Position numbers and translations under genes: made by a program. Positions 62,760 through 64,000 of a stretch of DNA of 64,000 nt are shown one piece after another; the first letter of the stretch is position 1; every line of letters begins with the position of its first letter. Source of the DNA: Prorocentrum cordatum (Eukaryota). The notes below the pieces were generated by a model. It saw only the letters and a list, made by a program, of their open reading frames with translations, was not told where the DNA came from and ran no database searches. The stretch covers positions 62,001 through 126,000 of the forward strand of contig CAUYUJ010000270.1 of the NCBI GenBank assembly GCA_963575745.1, given 5' to 3'.

Positions 62760-63200
62760 ACATAAGCATTCGTAACATGAAGCGCCGCAGGAGTCCAATG
62801 GTAGAGGCGAAGCTCATACAATACCATCTCCAATGGTTCGCTGACGAACTGATCTGGGTTCCCCTTGATGATTGTGGGCTTTGAATAGAAAACGATCTCC
62901 GCAGTTGCCCAGATGCCGTCTCCAAAAGTCTCTTCTGCAACAGAATATGTTGCATGAGTGGAAGGATTGTTGGTGCACGGAAAAGAATACACACCAACTT
63001 TATGCTGCTTGATACTCCCTCCATATTGAGGATTGGATGTAAGCAACTGACGGCTCTCCAAAATCGAATGGAGGGCGGTCGCGGACGTGCCGTGATTCCG
63101 TCTGGTCCAGCCTAAGGATGGGTCTTGGACCTCCCCAAGCTTTTCGTCCGTTACATAGAAGGGCAAAGTAAGCTGAACGCAGTGATTGATGCCCGCCCTG
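62760..63200 (-). CDS. PARP-like ADP-ribosyltransferase-fold domain within the polyprotein
   Basis: NHGTSATALHSILESRQL...KVGVYSF......HATYS...WATAEIVF matches the HGT / GVY / Y spacing of H-Y-E clade ART domains. Confidence 0.6.
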
Positions 63201-64000
63201 TGGGTCGTCGTTGACAACTTCGCCGAATTCAGGCGATCAGCAACAGTGAGCTTTGGGTCCGCACATGATCGATCGGCCTTAATCACAAAGAAACGTGCCC
63301 AATTGGGAACCACATAATTAGGTTCTAAGACTGGGGTCTTCGCGGGCTTCTGCAGCATCTGCAAGCCCAACCACGCCTCGCCATTTGCTTTCTTTGAATC
63401 ATGTTGAACTGTTTACTGCGAGCCGGGTTTTCCCCTTGTGCCACTCGTACAACGCGGCCTTCCTCCCCCAGGTACTCATTCATTGGCATCATGCGTCTAT
63501 AGAGCTCACCGCTCGCTACAGTGAATGGTCGGGGGAAATCGTAAGGAACTGGTTCCTTGTCGGACGCGATTTTGCAAGGCAGCTTCTGAATTTTCTGGCA
63601 TGCCAAATGCGCAGGCCAATCTTGTTCCCAGTCTTCAGGGCGATCAGGATCGCCACCTAACCTCAGGCGCCGCGGGAACTTAAACTTTTGGCTGAGCTTG
63701 GTTGCTTGGCCAACAGAGCATTTCATGCGGAGAGCTTCCTCCGCTGCTTCACCAAGTGCCTCAGCATCCTGAACGCCCTTTGCAGGGGCCAGAACGGGTC
63801 CGCGGGACGGCTGGGCCGCGCGCGCTACAGTAACATCACCCGAGGCGGCTGGGCCGCTCGGTGCAACAACAAGTGCTGCCTTCTTCAACTCATCAACTGC
63901 CGGGCGCATGCGCTCATCATTTTGCACCCCTTCGGTTGGCAATCGAAGGCGTTCCCCCCTTGGGGGCATTCCCGGACAACAGGGCTGACCACGCAGCAAG

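Larger units (their letters stand above)
56800..64000 (-). pseudogene. Giant intronless polyprotein gene, frameshifted, 5' end beyond the window; probably belongs to a large mobile element
   Basis: Abutting or overlapping minus-strand ORFs tile >7 kb: 63325-63999, 62177-63370, 61998-62729, 59818-62286, 59276-59938, 58477-59616, 57092-58567, 56823-57152. No microsatellites or introns interrupt them, unlike the host gene. Confidence 0.7.

Overview
This is GC-rich, repeat-dominated eukaryotic DNA, almost certainly from a dinoflagellate. Two near-perfect copies of the dinoflagellate spliced leader (SL) are present, and the introns use GC/GA donors and AG|G acceptors. One host gene can be reconstructed by eye on the minus strand: an N-terminal ubiquitin-like domain followed by WD40 repeats (exons at 20606-20482, 17588-17504, 14780-~14625 and ~1046-642), running off the left edge. 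Its third interruption (13.6 kb) is bounded by a 13-bp terminal inverted repeat and an ACC duplication, suggesting a TIR/Introner-type insertion. That interval hosts a decayed endonuclease-less Penelope-like element flanked by an ~840-bp duplication, and a full-length decayed LINE with an SL relic at its 5' end. Further right are: a second SL-headed insert; stacked cassettes separated by a GCTGGTGGGGATAC motif; several satellites; a second decayed LINE; a degenerate telomere-like tract; a 100-N gap; and, at the right edge, a >7-kb intronless, frameshifted minus-strand polyprotein. That polyprotein carries two ADP-ribosyltransferase-fold domains, one PARP-like (HGT/GVY) and one Tpt1/KptA RNA 2'-phosphotransferase-like. 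All domain calls rest on motif recognition by eye. Boundaries of decayed elements are approximate.
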